Shown: positions 8,246 through 17,065, numbered from the stretch's first letter. The stretch is DNA of 17,194 bases from Thermotogota bacterium (GCA_051748045.1 JBNJGY010000019.1:1-17194), one strand, 5' to 3'. Notes: a model not told the origin generated them from the letters alone. Made by a program: numbers and translations.

Positions 8246-9202
8246 ATGAAAAAACTTATTGTGGTATCGTTGGTATTCGTTTTATTGTTGACTATGGGTT
8301 TTGCAGCTAAGTATAGAATAGGAGTTTCTATTCCAAGTGCAGATCATGGTTGGACAGGAGGTATTGTGTTCTGGGCGGAAAGAGCGATAAAAGATTGGGA
8401 AGAAAAAAATCCAGATTTAGATTTTTTCTTAGTTACAGCTGATAATTCAGCGAAACAAGTTGGAGATGTTGAGGATTTAATGGTTAAACAAATCGATGCA
8501 TTGGTTATATTACCTCATGATTCAGCTTCTTTGACTCCAATTGTTTCAGAAGTGTATGAAGAAGGTATTTTCACTGTTGTTGTAGATAGAGGTTTAACAG
8601 AAAATGCTCAAGATGTTTATATTGCTGGAAATAACCCAGGACTAGGAAGAGTATCTGGAGAATGGTTAGCAAAAGAAATGAATGGTGAAGGAAAAGTTGT
8701 AGTATTAGAGGGTATTCCTACAGTTATAAATACAGAAAGAGTAGAAGCTTTTAACGAAGTTATTTCTCAATATCCTGATATTGAAATTTTAGATTCTCAA
8801 CCAGCTTATTGGTCAACTCAAAGAGGATTAGAAATAATGGAAAACTATTTACAAAAATATCCAGAAATAGATGCAGTTTGGGCTCAAGATGACGACGTTT
8901 TAAAAGGTGTTTTGCAAGCTTATAAAGAATCAGGAAGAGATGATATCAATATAATGCTTGGTGGCGCTGGTTCAAAAGATATTATTAAAATGATTATGGA
9001 GGGCGATCCTTTAGTAAGAGCTGATGTAACTTATCCACCTTCAATGATAGCATCAGGAATTTCTTTGGCTGTCAACGGAGTTCAAGGTAAAGGATTAGAA
9101 GGATTTTATCAACAAAAGATTCCTTCAAGAATTATACTTGCTGCTGAATTAATAACTAGAGAAAATGCTGAAGAATATTACGTACCAGAATCAATTTATT
9201 AA
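8246..9202 (+). CDS. Sugar ABC transporter periplasmic solute-binding protein (type I PBP)
   Basis: Sec signal peptide MKK-hydrophobic-GFA with no lipobox Cys; VVVDR, ERVEAF, YPEIDAVWAQDD. Confidence 0.92.
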   Translation: MKKLIVVSLVFVLLLTMGFAAKYRIGVSIPSADHGWTGGIVFWAERAIKDWEEKNPDLDFFLVTADNSAKQVGDVEDLMVKQIDALVILPHDSASLTPIVSEVYEEGIFTVVVDRGLTENAQDVYIAGNNPGLGRVSGEWLAKEMNGEGKVVVLEGIPTVINTERVEAFNEVISQYPDIEILDSQPAYWSTQRGLEIMENYLQKYPEIDAVWAQDDDVLKGVLQAYKESGRDDINIMLGGAGSKDIIKMIMEGDPLVRADVTYPPSMIASGISLAVNGVQGKGLEGFYQQKIPSRIILAAELITRENAEEYYVPESIY

Positions 9203-9211
9203 TGAAGTGTT

Positions 9212-9234
9212 GGAGGGGTAACCCCCTCCTTTTT
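9212..9234 (+). terminator. Intra-operon GC-rich hairpin with T tract (partial terminator or mRNA stabiliser)
   Basis: GGAGGGG-TAAC-CCCCTCC-TTTTT between the binding-protein gene and xylA. Confidence 0.65.
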
Positions 9235-9251
9235 CAAAGGAGTGAAAATAG

Positions 9252-10568
9252 ATGAATCAATTTTTTAAAGATGTTTCAAAAATTAAATATGAAGGTCCAA
9301 ATTCTAAAAATCCTTTAGCTTTTCATCATTATGATCCAGAAGAAATGATTAATAATAAAAAAATGTCTGACCATTTAAGATTTTCAGTAGCTTATTGGCA
9401 TACGCTTACTTCTGATAATTCTGATATGTTTGGAGTAGGAACAGCTGAGAAAAAATGGAATGATATAAATGATCCCATAGATAAATCTTATGCAAGATTT
9501 GATGCTATGTTAGAGTTTTTAGATAAAACGGGTATTGAATATTTTTGTTTTCATGATAGAGATCTGATTGATGAAGCTGAAACTTTGAGAGGAACTAATA
9601 AAAGATTAGATAAAATTGTTAAGTATATAAAAGATAATATAAAAGGAACTGATAAAAAAATACTTTGGGGAACGCAAAACATGTTCACTAACCCTAGGTT
9701 TATGCATGGTGCTGCAACATCGCCAATAAGTGATATTTTTGCTTATGCTTCTGCACAAACAAAAAAAGCTCTTGAAATTAGTAAAGAATTAAATGCACAA
9801 GGCCATGTTTTTTGGGGTGGAAGAGAAGGATATGAAACTTTACTAAATACAGATATGAAAAAAGAATTAGATAATTTAGCTTATTTTTTACATATGGCAG
9901 TTGATTACGCGAAAGAAATAGATTTTGATGGACAGTTTTTAATAGAACCAAAACCAAAAGAGCCAACAAAACATCAGTATGATTTTGATGTGGCAAATTC
10001 TTATGCATTTTTACAGAGATATAATTTAGATAAATTCTTTAAATTTAACGTAGAAGCTAATCACGCCCAACTTGCAACACACTCTTTTCAGCATGAATTA
10101 AATTATGCTAGAATAAATGGGATTTTAGGAAGTGTGGATGCTAACATTGGTGATTTTTTCTTAGGTTGGGATACTGATCAATTTGCTACTAATGTTTATG
10201 AAAATACATTTGCAATGTATGAAATATTGAAAAATGGAGGTATTTCTCCAGGTGGTCTAAATTTTGATGCTAAAGTAAGAAGAAGCTCTTATGAAGACAT
10301 AGATCTATTTTATGCCCATATAGCTTCAATGGATGCGTATGCAATTGCCCTTAAAAAAGCTAAGAAAATAATTGAATCAAAAACTCTTGAAAAATTTGTT
10401 GAAGAAAGATATGATAGTTATAATAAAGGTATAGGAGAAAAAATTAAAAATAAACAAACATCTTTTAAAGATTTAGAAAGCTATATTCTTGATAAATCTG
10501 ATATAAAAATTCCTTCTGGAAGACAAGAACTTTTAGAAAGAATGGTAAATGATATATTGTTTAATTAA
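9252..10568 (+). CDS. xylA: Xylose isomerase, class II
   Basis: [58 protein letters not shown]; 438 aa. Confidence 0.97.
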   Translation: MNQFFKDVSKIKYEGPNSKNPLAFHHYDPEEMINNKKMSDHLRFSVAYWHTLTSDNSDMFGVGTAEKKWNDINDPIDKSYARFDAMLEFLDKTGIEYFCFHDRDLIDEAETLRGTNKRLDKIVKYIKDNIKGTDKKILWGTQNMFTNPRFMHGAATSPISDIFAYASAQTKKALEISKELNAQGHVFWGGREGYETLLNTDMKKELDNLAYFLHMAVDYAKEIDFDGQFLIEPKPKEPTKHQYDFDVANSYAFLQRYNLDKFFKFNVEANHAQLATHSFQHELNYARINGILGSVDANIGDFFLGWDTDQFATNVYENTFAMYEILKNGGISPGGLNFDAKVRRSSYEDIDLFYAHIASMDAYAIALKKAKKIIESKTLEKFVEERYDSYNKGIGEKIKNKQTSFKDLESYILDKSDIKIPSGRQELLERMVNDILFN

Positions 10569-10582
10569 GAGGGGGAAGAGCC

Positions 10583-11755
10583 TTGAAGATCAATACAATA
10601 AATTCAGAACACATGGGATACTCCAATAAATTGTTAATATTAAATCTTATAAGAAGAAATCCAGGGATTTCTAGAAAAGAATTAGCTAAAGTCACTAATT
10701 TAGATAAGAGTACTATAACAAAAATAACTAATAATTTAATTGATAGAAATATAGTGGCTGAAGAAGGAACAAAAGTTAGAAAAACTCCTGGAAGAAAATC
10801 AATAAGGTTAATACCAGTAAAGAAATCAGCTGAGGCTCTTGTAGTAAAAGTGGGTGTTGAAGAAACTCATTTTGGAAAAGGTTATTTGAATAATGAATAT
10901 GAAGTGATTGAAAAATTTAAAACACCTAAAGATTTTAATAGTTTTATAAAATTATTAGTCGAAAAAATAAAAAATATTGATTATACTAATGAAAAACTAG
11001 TAGGAATTTCTTTTTCTATTCCAGGTATGGTTGATAGAGACAATAGATTTATTGAATCAGCTCCTCATTTGAATTGGACAAATGTAAGTTTAGAAGAAGA
11101 ATTAAAAAAAGAAATGAAAGAATGGGTTAAACCTGTGATGGTTGCTAACGAAGCGAAGTTATCTTTATTATCTGAAAAATATTCTAATAAAAATATAAAA
11201 AGGATTCATAACGGTGTATATATTTTTATTTCTCAAGGTATTGGAGGAGCTATTTTATTAGATGGAAAAATTATTTTAGGGCCTTCAAACACAGCTGGTG
11301 AATTTGGACATATGAGTTTAGAACCAGATGGAGAAAAATGTTCTTGCAATAATTTAGGTTGTTGGGAAAATTACGTTTCAATTGATACAACTGTTAATGA
11401 GTTCGGTGATATAAAAGGTGAAAACTCTGAAGAAAAGTTTATTGAATTATTGAAATTATATAATAAGGATGAAAAGGCTAAAGAAGTTATAGACAGACAA
11501 ATTTATTACATAGGTTTTGGTGTGTCTAATTTGGTAAATATATTAAATCCTGAATTTATTATTTTGGGAGGAAATGGATTCCATTTTTCTGATGAAATTT
11601 TAGATGGGATTAAAAAAGAGATTAAGAATAGAAGTTTATCTCATGCATCTGAAAAATTAAATATTGTTAAACCTTATCATAATATTGTTGAAGCATGTAT
11701 GTTAGGCTCTAACTTAATGATTATGGATGAATTTTCAAAACTAATAATATCTTGA
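10583..11755 (+). CDS. xylR: ROK-family transcriptional repressor (XylR)
   Basis: N-terminal wHTH (ISRKELAKVTNLDKSTIT, GRK), ROK motifs PG.VD, NEA, GIGG and GEFGH...CSCNNLGCWE. TTG start with GAGGGG RBS. Located between xylA and xylB. Confidence 0.88.
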   Translation: MKINTINSEHMGYSNKLLILNLIRRNPGISRKELAKVTNLDKSTITKITNNLIDRNIVAEEGTKVRKTPGRKSIRLIPVKKSAEALVVKVGVEETHFGKGYLNNEYEVIEKFKTPKDFNSFIKLLVEKIKNIDYTNEKLVGISFSIPGMVDRDNRFIESAPHLNWTNVSLEEELKKEMKEWVKPVMVANEAKLSLLSEKYSNKNIKRIHNGVYIFISQGIGGAILLDGKIILGPSNTAGEFGHMSLEPDGEKCSCNNLGCWENYVSIDTTVNEFGDIKGENSEEKFIELLKLYNKDEKAKEVIDRQIYYIGFGVSNLVNILNPEFIILGGNGFHFSDEILDGIKKEIKNRSLSHASEKLNIVKPYHNIVEACMLGSNLMIMDEFSKLIIS

Positions 11756-11771
11756 AAAAGAAGGGCTAATT

Positions 11772-13223
11772 ATGAATTATTTGGGGATTGATATAGGGAC
11801 TAGTTCTATCAAAAGTATAGTGTTAAATGAAAAGAATGAAATAGTTGAACAATACAGTTATCCTTTAGAAGTGATAAACAAAAAAAATAATTATTCTGAA
11901 CAATCACCAGAAAAATGGTTGGTAGGAGTTAAATCATGTATTAAAAACATAAAATCAAAAATAAAATCTGTATCGTTCTCAGGCCAAATGCACACTTTAG
12001 TTCCATTAGATAAAAATGGAGATGTTATAAGAGATGCGATTTTATGGAATGATGGTAGATCTACAAATGAATGTAAGGAAGCGACAGAACTATTGGGTGG
12101 AGAAGAAAGTGTTCTTTCTATAACAGGTAATTCTTTGTTAGAGGGCTTTACTTTGCCTAAGTTATTATGGATAAAAAATAATGAACCTGAAAATTATAAT
12201 AAAATTTATAAAGTTTTATTACCTAAGGATTATATAATTTACAAACTAACTGGTAACATTGGTATTGATTATTCGGATGCTTCAGGAACAAGTTTTTTAG
12301 ATATAAAAAATAATAAATGGTCAGATGATTTGTTAGATAAATTGAAAATTCCAAAAGAAATATTACCAGATATTTATAATTCAAATGATTTTAGAGGTTA
12401 TTTGAATTATAGTAAGCAAAAGAATGTTATGGTTTATTCTGGTGGTGCAGATAATGCTATTTCTGCGTTTGGAAATGGAGTTTTGGAGACTGGAGATACT
12501 ATTATAAGTTTAGGCACTTCTGGAACAGTCTTAGCTATCACAGAAAAAAAAGAATCAGACAAAAAAGGACAAATTCATTTTTTTAATCATGTAATTAAAG
12601 ATAAAAAATATTATATGGGGGTTATGTTATCAGCAACCAGTTCTTTAGATTGGTTTTTGAAAAACATCGGAAACGATATTAGTTTAGATGATGTAGAAGA
12701 CATTATAAAAGATATTAAACCTGGAAACGATAAAGTAATTTTTTTGCCTTATTTAAATGGTGAAAGAACCCCTTTAAAAGACCCAACTGCAAGAGGTGTT
12801 TTTTTTGGTATTAAAAATACTACAACAAAAAATGATTTATTAAGAAGTGTAATTGAAGGTATATCATTTGGTATTGCACAGAGTTATGATCTTGTGAAAC
12901 AGAAAACGGATATAAAAGAAATAAGAATAACTGGTGGTGGAAGTAAAAATAAAGAATGGGTAAAAATAATAGCATCTATAATCAAAGAACCTATCGGAAT
13001 TCCAAAGGCTGAAAATGGAGGGGCTTTTGGAGCAGCGTTAATGGCGAAATATTCACAGAAAGATATTACATTACCAAATATTAAGGATATAACAGGTATT
13101 AAAGAATATATATATCCAGATGAATATTATTCTAAAGTATATAATACCTTATTCCCTGAATATATAAAGGTTACAAAAAACGTTATGGAGAATTTTCACT
13201 CGTTAAACTCTCTTAATTTTTAG
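11772..13223 (+). CDS. xylB: Xylulokinase (FGGY family)
   Basis: GIDIGTSS, SGQMH, ILWNDGR, LLPKDY, SDASGT, GGADN, SLGTSG, FLPYLNGERTP, GGGS; context with xylA. Confidence 0.95.
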   Translation: MNYLGIDIGTSSIKSIVLNEKNEIVEQYSYPLEVINKKNNYSEQSPEKWLVGVKSCIKNIKSKIKSVSFSGQMHTLVPLDKNGDVIRDAILWNDGRSTNECKEATELLGGEESVLSITGNSLLEGFTLPKLLWIKNNEPENYNKIYKVLLPKDYIIYKLTGNIGIDYSDASGTSFLDIKNNKWSDDLLDKLKIPKEILPDIYNSNDFRGYLNYSKQKNVMVYSGGADNAISAFGNGVLETGDTIISLGTSGTVLAITEKKESDKKGQIHFFNHVIKDKKYYMGVMLSATSSLDWFLKNIGNDISLDDVEDIIKDIKPGNDKVIFLPYLNGERTPLKDPTARGVFFGIKNTTTKNDLLRSVIEGISFGIAQSYDLVKQKTDIKEIRITGGGSKNKEWVKIIASIIKEPIGIPKAENGGAFGAALMAKYSQKDITLPNIKDITGIKEYIYPDEYYSKVYNTLFPEYIKVTKNVMENFHSLNSLNF

Positions 13224-13248
13224 CAGCTATTTAATAGCTGCTTTTTTT
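13222..13248 (+). terminator. Intrinsic terminator of the xyl operon, between convergent xylB and guaD
   Basis: AGCAGCTAT-TTA-ATAGCTGCT followed by a T run. Confidence 0.82.
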
Positions 13249-14488
13249 ATATATGAATTAATTTTGAGTCGAGATATCTTGCATATATGTTTCTATCATC
13301 GCCATTGTAGATGAATTTACTTAATCGTTCTTTTAAATTTAAATCATAATATTCATCGTCAATAACTAAAGCGTTGAAAGGTTTGCCTTTTTCAAATGAT
13401 TGTTTGTTTCCAAAAAACTCTGCAGGTGCTTTTGTGGCTAAATAAAAAGCTTCTTCTATGTCTAATGGTTTATGGGCATTATTCCTAAAAACTATTTTCG
13501 ACATTTGTATTGTTAATTTAATTATTTCTCTCATACTTAAAGTGTCGCCTGCTCCTATATCAGATCCTAAATAAATATCAATTCCATAATCCAAAAACTC
13601 TCTTACTTTCATTATTCCACTGGATAGATTTAGGTTAGATGATGGACAATGTACAGCAACTACTCTATTATCTTTCATCAATTTTTTGCCCTCCTCACTA
13701 ACGTATATACAATGGGCCATTAGAGTTTTTGTTTGTCCAAATAGATTGTTGTTGTAATATACTTGAGAATAATTTTGTGCTTCTGGATATAGATTTTTAA
13801 CCCACTCAACTTCTCCTGGGTTTTCTGACAAATGGGATTGAACTGGAATATTATATTTTACAGCTAAATGGCCTAAGCCTTCTAATAATTTAGGAGTACT
13901 TGTTGGTGCAAATCTTGGAGTAATTATAGGTTTTACTTTTTTATTATCTTTGAATTTTTGTATTAATTCTTCTGTTTCCTTAATAGATTTATCTGTATCT
14001 TCTTTTAGAAAATCAGGGCAATTTCTATCCATGTTGACTTTACCAATATAAGCATTAATTCCATATTCTTCTAGTTTTTTAAATAATATATCTGTTGTTT
14101 CTTTGTGAATAGTAGAATAAACAACTATGTTAAAAGTGCCTTGTTTAATAAGCTCTTTACAGAATTGATCGTAAACATTTTTTGCATGTTTTTCATCACT
14201 GAATGTTTTTTCTTCTTTAAAAGTGTAATCATTCAACCAATCAATTAGTTCTTTATCCATCCCTAGTCCTTTCATATTGAATTGGGATGCATGGAGATGC
14301 ATATCGTAAAAAGAAGGGATGATCATTTTTCTTCCATAATCGTATAAATCATAAGGTTCTTTTATGTTATCTAAATTATTTTTAAAACCTACAATCAAGT
14401 TATCTTTTATAACTAGATAATTGCTTTCTTTTATTTTTAAAGAATTTTTATTTTCACTGAAAACAAAATTTCCTTTTATTATTTTCAT
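13247..14488 (-). CDS. guaD: Guanine deaminase (amidohydrolase superfamily)
   Basis: DMHLHASQF (HxH), LIDWLNDYTF, GKVNMDRN, ITPRFAP, SHLSEN, AHC, HCPSSN, GSDIGAG. GAGGTGA RBS. Confidence 0.88.
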   Translation of the reverse strand: MKIIKGNFVFSENKNSLKIKESNYLVIKDNLIVGFKNNLDNIKEPYDLYDYGRKMIIPSFYDMHLHASQFNMKGLGMDKELIDWLNDYTFKEEKTFSDEKHAKNVYDQFCKELIKQGTFNIVVYSTIHKETTDILFKKLEEYGINAYIGKVNMDRNCPDFLKEDTDKSIKETEELIQKFKDNKKVKPIITPRFAPTSTPKLLEGLGHLAVKYNIPVQSHLSENPGEVEWVKNLYPEAQNYSQVYYNNNLFGQTKTLMAHCIYVSEEGKKLMKDNRVVAVHCPSSNLNLSSGIMKVREFLDYGIDIYLGSDIGAGDTLSMREIIKLTIQMSKIVFRNNAHKPLDIEEAFYLATKAPAEFFGNKQSFEKGKPFNALVIDDEYYDLNLKERLSKFIYNGDDRNIYARYLDSKLIHI

Positions 14489-14544
14489 GTGTTCACCTCA
14501 TTTTAAAGAATATACATATTATATCATATAGATAAGTTTATAAT

Positions 14545-14571
14545 AAAAAAACCAGGCTTATAGCCTGGTTT
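14545..14571 (-). terminator. Intrinsic terminator after efp
   Basis: Plus strand AAACCAGGCT-TAT-AGCCTGGTTT preceded by an A run, giving a U tract on the minus strand. Lies 8 nt past the efp stop. Confidence 0.85.
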
Positions 14572-14579
14572 GATTGTAT

Positions 14580-15137
14580 TTATGCTCTTGAAGAATATTG
14601 ACCTGTTGTGGTGTCTATTACTATTTTTTCACCAATATTAACAAAAAGTGGGACGTTTACTTCATATCCTGTAGACAATTTTGCTGGTTTTAGTGGATTC
14701 CCTGTTGAGTCTCCTTTTTCACCTGGTTCTGTATATTCTACTTCCAATACAACATTTTTTGGAAGTGAGAATGATACAGGTCTACTTTCGTGGAAGGAAA
14801 CATTTACTATTCCTTGTTCAGCTAGGAAGTTTATAACATCTCCAAGGTCGTCTTCATGTACTTCTATTTGTTCATAGGTTTCGTTATCCATTAAGGCATA
14901 AAAGTCTCCACTTTTATAAATGTATTGCATTTCTTTTTGGTCTAACATGACATCATCTACTTTTTCAGAACCTTTCATTGTTGTATCTAAAGTAGATCCG
15001 TTTTCAAGGTTTTTCATTTTTAGAGTAACTGTGGCAGCGTTTCTGCCCGACCAGTTATATTTGGATTTTAAAACAGAATATAGGTCTCCATTCATTTGAA
15101 TTACATACCCTGGCTTTAAATCTGCAGCTGTGATCAT
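14580..15137 (-). CDS. efp: Elongation factor P, Arg32 (EarP-associated) type
   Basis: KNL.NG, YEQIE, TEPG.KGD, KPAKLSTG and VPLFVNIGEKIVIDT motifs. The loop is NWSG-R32-NAA rather than PGKG. AGGAGG RBS at 15152-15147. Confidence 0.97.
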   Translation of the reverse strand: MITAADLKPGYVIQMNGDLYSVLKSKYNWSGRNAATVTLKMKNLENGSTLDTTMKGSEKVDDVMLDQKEMQYIYKSGDFYALMDNETYEQIEVHEDDLGDVINFLAEQGIVNVSFHESRPVSFSLPKNVVLEVEYTEPGEKGDSTGNPLKPAKLSTGYEVNVPLFVNIGEKIVIDTTTGQYSSRA

Positions 15138-15179
15138 ATTCTAATTCCTCCTGTATTTATTATTTTCAATTGTAATATA

Positions 15180-16133
15180 CTATAAAAAGGTTACTTTTTT
15201 TATTAAAAAACTTTGAAGATTTGTTTTATTTTGAAGATGTGTTTTAATATTTTCAAATACATACATAAATATACCATAATTTTCTTCAAAATAGATTAAA
15301 ATTTTGTGTAAATCATTTTCTGATAATTCTTCAATATCATTTAAGTAGTTTATAATTTTTTGATAATTTATCTTTATCTTTGAATATTTTTCAAAGAATG
15401 GATTTATATAATCTAAGAAAGCATTTACTTTCAAATGGTGTATGTTATTTTTTTGTTTATAGGCTTCCCAAAAAAATGGTATACCTGAGTTCAAGGCCAA
15501 TTGAAATGAATCTTCACCTCTTATCCAGTTATATTTTGCACCATATACATATGAATCGAATTCTTTTTGAGGTAAGAAAGGCATTTTTTCTAGATTTGTG
15601 TCTTCCTTATAACCCCAAATTGTACCTGTTTTTAAAGTTTTTAATACTTTTTCTGGTGTGTATAAATACACATTATTTTTTGTTTTGTTTATTGATTTAT
15701 TAATTGGGTAGTTTAAAACTCCTGCACTTTTTTGAGTTAAGCCAGGAACTATGAATTCAACAGGTATTTTTAATCCATTTATAAAACTAATTCTATTGTT
15801 AGCTTCACTAGCCCAATCTTCAGTAGTAAAATAATCTATGATAAAAGCTTTTGTAGCTGATTTATTTATTTTTTTTAAAATATTTTGATCTGGTATATAT
15901 TGAAACATAAAAAATATAATATCATTTTTTTCATCATATTCATTTATGTTTTTTATTTTCAGCTTTGTATTTGGAATGAGTTTATAAAACAAATCTTTAT
16001 AATCTGTATAGATTGTTATTTTTTCTGGAGTAGTAAATTCTGACATAGCTGATGCCAGCCTAATTGTGAAACCAGCATCTCCAAAATTGTCTATTATTTT
16101 AGAAAAAAAAGCCAATTTCAATTTTTTAACCAC
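15180..16133 (-). CDS. earP: EarP-like EF-P arginine glycosyltransferase (rhamnosyltransferase family), short and divergent; true start may be TTG at 16121
   Basis: IIDNFGDAG..RLA, DYFTTEDW, PGLTQKSAG, PFLPQKEFD and NWIRGEDSF...PFFWEAYKQ...HHLKVNAFL correspond to EarP motifs DN(F/Y)GDIG, EYLSAExW, PGF, PFxxQxxxD and RGEDS...WxxYxQ. Directly upstream of an R32 efp. Confidence 0.9.
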   Translation of the reverse strand: MVKKLKLAFFSKIIDNFGDAGFTIRLASAMSEFTTPEKITIYTDYKDLFYKLIPNTKLKIKNINEYDEKNDIIFFMFQYIPDQNILKKINKSATKAFIIDYFTTEDWASEANNRISFINGLKIPVEFIVPGLTQKSAGVLNYPINKSINKTKNNVYLYTPEKVLKTLKTGTIWGYKEDTNLEKMPFLPQKEFDSYVYGAKYNWIRGEDSFQLALNSGIPFFWEAYKQKNNIHHLKVNAFLDYINPFFEKYSKIKINYQKIINYLNDIEELSENDLHKILIYFEENYGIFMYVFENIKTHLQNKTNLQSFLIKKVTFL

Positions 16134-17065
16134 TTTTCAAGATAAAAATCAACAGTCTCTTCTAATTCTTCTGTAAAATTTCTTCTGTTATAGTCAAAGA
16201 TTTTTCTTAATTTTTCATCTGCCATATGATATTTAAAGTCATGATAAATTCTTTCATTTTTATAATCAAAATATTCCAGAAAATTATTTTTCAATTCTAT
16301 TTTTTTTGATACCATTTCATAGATTAGTTTTAATAAATCTAAGTTTTTAATAGTGTTTTTGGAAGATAGATTGTATATACCGAGATTAATATTTTTTTCA
16401 ATCATTTTATTTATGAAAAAGCTAGTTTCTTTTGTATGTACCCATGTTCTGAAATTTTCTCCTTTGTTATATAAAGAAAGCTTTTCGTTGTTAATCAACG
16501 ATTTTATATATTTTGGTATTAGTTTTTCTTCATTCTGATACGGTCCAAAGTTGTTTGTTAATCTTAATATATAAGTTCTTAAATTATGAGTTTTTCTATA
16601 CGATTCTACATATAAATCAGCAGATGCTTTGCTTACAGCATAAGGATTACTTGGGGATAATTTATCTGTTTCGCTTTTTGGATATGAGCTTTCTCCATAT
16701 ACTTCGTCTGTTGATATTTGGATAAATTTAATTTTTGAATGGATAGAATTAAGTAGATTTAAAACTCCTTGAATGTTGTTAATTAAAAATTCATTAGGCT
16801 TTCTAAAAGCATTATCCACATGTGATTCTGCTGCAAAGTTGATTATATAATCAGGTTTGAAATCATCTATAACATTTTTAATTTTTGGATTGTTTATATC
16901 GAGTTGTAAAAAGTTAAAATTTCTGTTATCAATGTCTTTTATATTTGAGTTTGCAGCGTAAGTCATTTTGTCTATTCCAAAAATTCTATGATTAGTATTT
17001 TTGAGTGTGTATTTTATATAATTAAAACCTATAAAACCAGCACAACCTGTTACCATTAATTTCAT
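16118..17065 (-). CDS. rmlB: dTDP-glucose 4,6-dehydratase-like extended SDR (RmlB/RfbB), divergent
   Basis: TGCAGFIG, DKMTYA, FAAESHVD, ISTDEVYG, PYAVSK (YxxxK), NNFGPYQ..EKLIP. AGGAGGG RBS at 17078-17072. Confidence 0.85.
   Translation of the reverse strand: MKLMVTGCAGFIGFNYIKYTLKNTNHRIFGIDKMTYAANSNIKDIDNRNFNFLQLDINNPKIKNVIDDFKPDYIINFAAESHVDNAFRKPNEFLINNIQGVLNLLNSIHSKIKFIQISTDEVYGESSYPKSETDKLSPSNPYAVSKASADLYVESYRKTHNLRTYILRLTNNFGPYQNEEKLIPKYIKSLINNEKLSLYNKGENFRTWVHTKETSFFINKMIEKNINLGIYNLSSKNTIKNLDLLKLIYEMVSKKIELKNNFLEYFDYKNERIYHDFKYHMADEKLRKIFDYNRRNFTEELEETVDFYLEKWLKN

Noticed and set aside
9778-10008. 76-aa minus-strand ORF
   Set aside because: Lies inside xylA on the opposite strand; no motif.
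13247-14571. guaD as part of the efp operon, or preceded by a purine riboswitch
   Set aside because: A terminator separates it from efp, it has its own TGATATAAT element (14526-14518), and the leader is too short for a riboswitch.
16103-16110. T8 tract near the earP 5' end as a phase-variation switch
   Set aside because: The gene is in frame, and 7-8 nt A/T runs are frequent throughout this AT-rich window.
14608-16725. Plus-strand ORFs 14608-14877, 15380-15703, 16353-16538 and 16513-16725
   Set aside because: Antisense to efp, earP and rmlB, with composition typical of AT-rich shadow frames.
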